64,000 bases of DNA from an uncultured Bacillota bacterium (lineage in GTDB: Bacteria; Bacillota_I; Bacilli_A; RF39; UBA660), in NCBI GenBank assembly GCA_900317975.1, contig ONIZ01000002.1, positions 6,473 to 70,472 of the forward strand, given 5' to 3'. Made by a program: the position numbers and the translations under genes. This document shows positions 63,044 through 64,000 of this stretch, piece by piece (position 1 is the stretch's first letter; every line of letters begins with the position of its first letter). Under the pieces are notes generated by a model. It did no database searches. It was given only the letters and a program-made list of their open reading frames with translations, and had not been told where the DNA came from.

Positions 63044-63556
63044 TTAAATAAGGTCATCAAACATTTTATATGTTGCTAATTGATGTTGATATTTAATTGC
63101 CTCTTCTTTCCATCTAGCACAAGCTTCTCTAGTGCCATTATATAATCTTTCTATATAATTATAACCGTCTGATAATTTCTTATTATGTTCTTCTAAAACT
63201 TTATTTTTATTTTCTAAATAATTAATAGCATTACATTGCTTATTAAATTTATTTGCTAATTCATTATACTTTTCACATAAATTATCAAGTTTTATTTTAT
63301 CATTTTTTCTTTCTTCAATTTCTTTATCTTTTTCAATAAGTAATTTTATTAATTCAACTTTAGTTAAATTTTCATATTTATTTTTTATTTTATTTTTATT
63401 GGCACTTTCTTTTTCTTTTTCAACTCCATCAAAATTTATTTCTAGTTGAGTATCTTTATTTTTATTTATACTATCTACTATAGTTTTTTTAATATAATCG
63501 CATAATGTATTACGATTAATTGAATTATAATCCGGTAAATTTATTATAGCTATCAT
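63044..63556 (-). CDS. coiled-coil hypothetical protein (170 aa)
   Basis: ORF with charged heptad-like sequence. Confidence 0.65.
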   Translation of the reverse strand: MIAIINLPDYNSINRNTLCDYIKKTIVDSINKNKDTQLEINFDGVEKEKESANKNKIKNKYENLTKVELIKLLIEKDKEIEERKNDKIKLDNLCEKYNELANKFNKQCNAINYLENKNKVLEEHNKKLSDGYNYIERLYNGTREACARWKEEAIKYQHQLATYKMFDDLI

Positions 63557-63568
63557 AATTAAAATATT

Positions 63569-63943
63569 TTAATAACCAAACGTTTCTTTTTTCATTCTAT
63601 ATTTTACTATTGTTTTACTATATAATTTTTTAATAAATAAATATATTCTAATATATAATGCAGTATGTTTTTTATAAAAATCAAGTTCATTTGACAAATT
63701 ACTAATTATAGTATTCTTTTCTTTATATATTTTTTTTATAGTTTCTTCTAAACATTCAATATTGTATTCACAGAAATGAGCATAATGAAATAGTTCATTT
63801 TTATTTAATTTATCAAATTCATCATATTTACAATGAATTACAATATCGCTAATTGCATTTGAATTAACACTTTTTTCATTTAAACAATAATCCTTGCGAC
63901 AACCCGCTTTTACGGATATTTCCATAATTTCTTCTGTACTCAT
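63569..63943 (-). CDS. hypothetical protein (124 aa)
   Basis: Clean ORF on the - strand. Confidence 0.6.
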   Translation of the reverse strand: MSTEEIMEISVKAGCRKDYCLNEKSVNSNAISDIVIHCKYDEFDKLNKNELFHYAHFCEYNIECLEETIKKIYKEKNTIISNLSNELDFYKKHTALYIRIYLFIKKLYSKTIVKYRMKKETFGY

Positions 63944-63958
63944 AATATTTTTAATAAT

Positions 63959-64000
63959 TTAATTTCTTGGGTCAAAAGCTCCAATAAAGAAACTACTTCT
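63959..64000 (-). CDS. C-terminal fragment of an upstream leftward gene (truncated by the window edge)
   Basis: The reverse strand reads ...RSSFFIGAFDPRN-stop, with the stop at 63959-63961. Confidence 0.3.
   Translation of the reverse strand, partial: RSSFFIGAFDPRN

Overview
This is a very A+T-rich, densely coding, phage-like window. I read it as a crAss-like (Crassvirales-type) Bacteroidota phage, but that is inference only, since no database search was possible. The evidence is Bacteroidota-type promoters (TTTG-N20-TAnnTTTG), a giant protein with an RNA-polymerase-like DFDVD metal motif, and the gene content. Layout: a small leftward block (1-1522); an accessory region with unusually long non-coding stretches, many small ORFs and two tRNAs (Leu-UAA, Glu-UUC) (1523-12270); a rightward replication/nucleotide-metabolism module (12270-30607: SF1 helicase, family B DNA polymerase, RecT-like, SSB-like, TOPRIM primase, ATP-dependent ligase, ThyX-like, Gp157-like, DUF932-like); a bidirectional terminator at 30730-30774; and a leftward virion/ejected-protein module (30805-64000) with a 4723-aa RNAP-like protein, a 2245-aa HExxH protein, a lytic-transglycosylase protein and a 1507-aa structural protein. 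The most unusual signal is a short G+C-rich word (T)CCCCTGTAGAGGGAA. It occurs about 18 times, in both orientations, inside unrelated genes and between them, and I cannot explain it with any known feature class. Other items worth a second look are listed below.
- A promoter-plus-terminator-bounded structured non-coding RNA candidate (about 1669-2074).
- A 12-nt tandem array.
- Duplicated genes with a conserved 32-nt upstream box.
- A possible programmed +1 frameshift at CUU-UAA located exactly on one copy of the dispersed motif.
- A repeated AAAGCTA/TAGCTTT hairpin at the ends of transcription units.
- A family of roughly 45-50-aa mini-proteins.
All functional calls rest on motifs read by eye and need HMM/BLAST confirmation.
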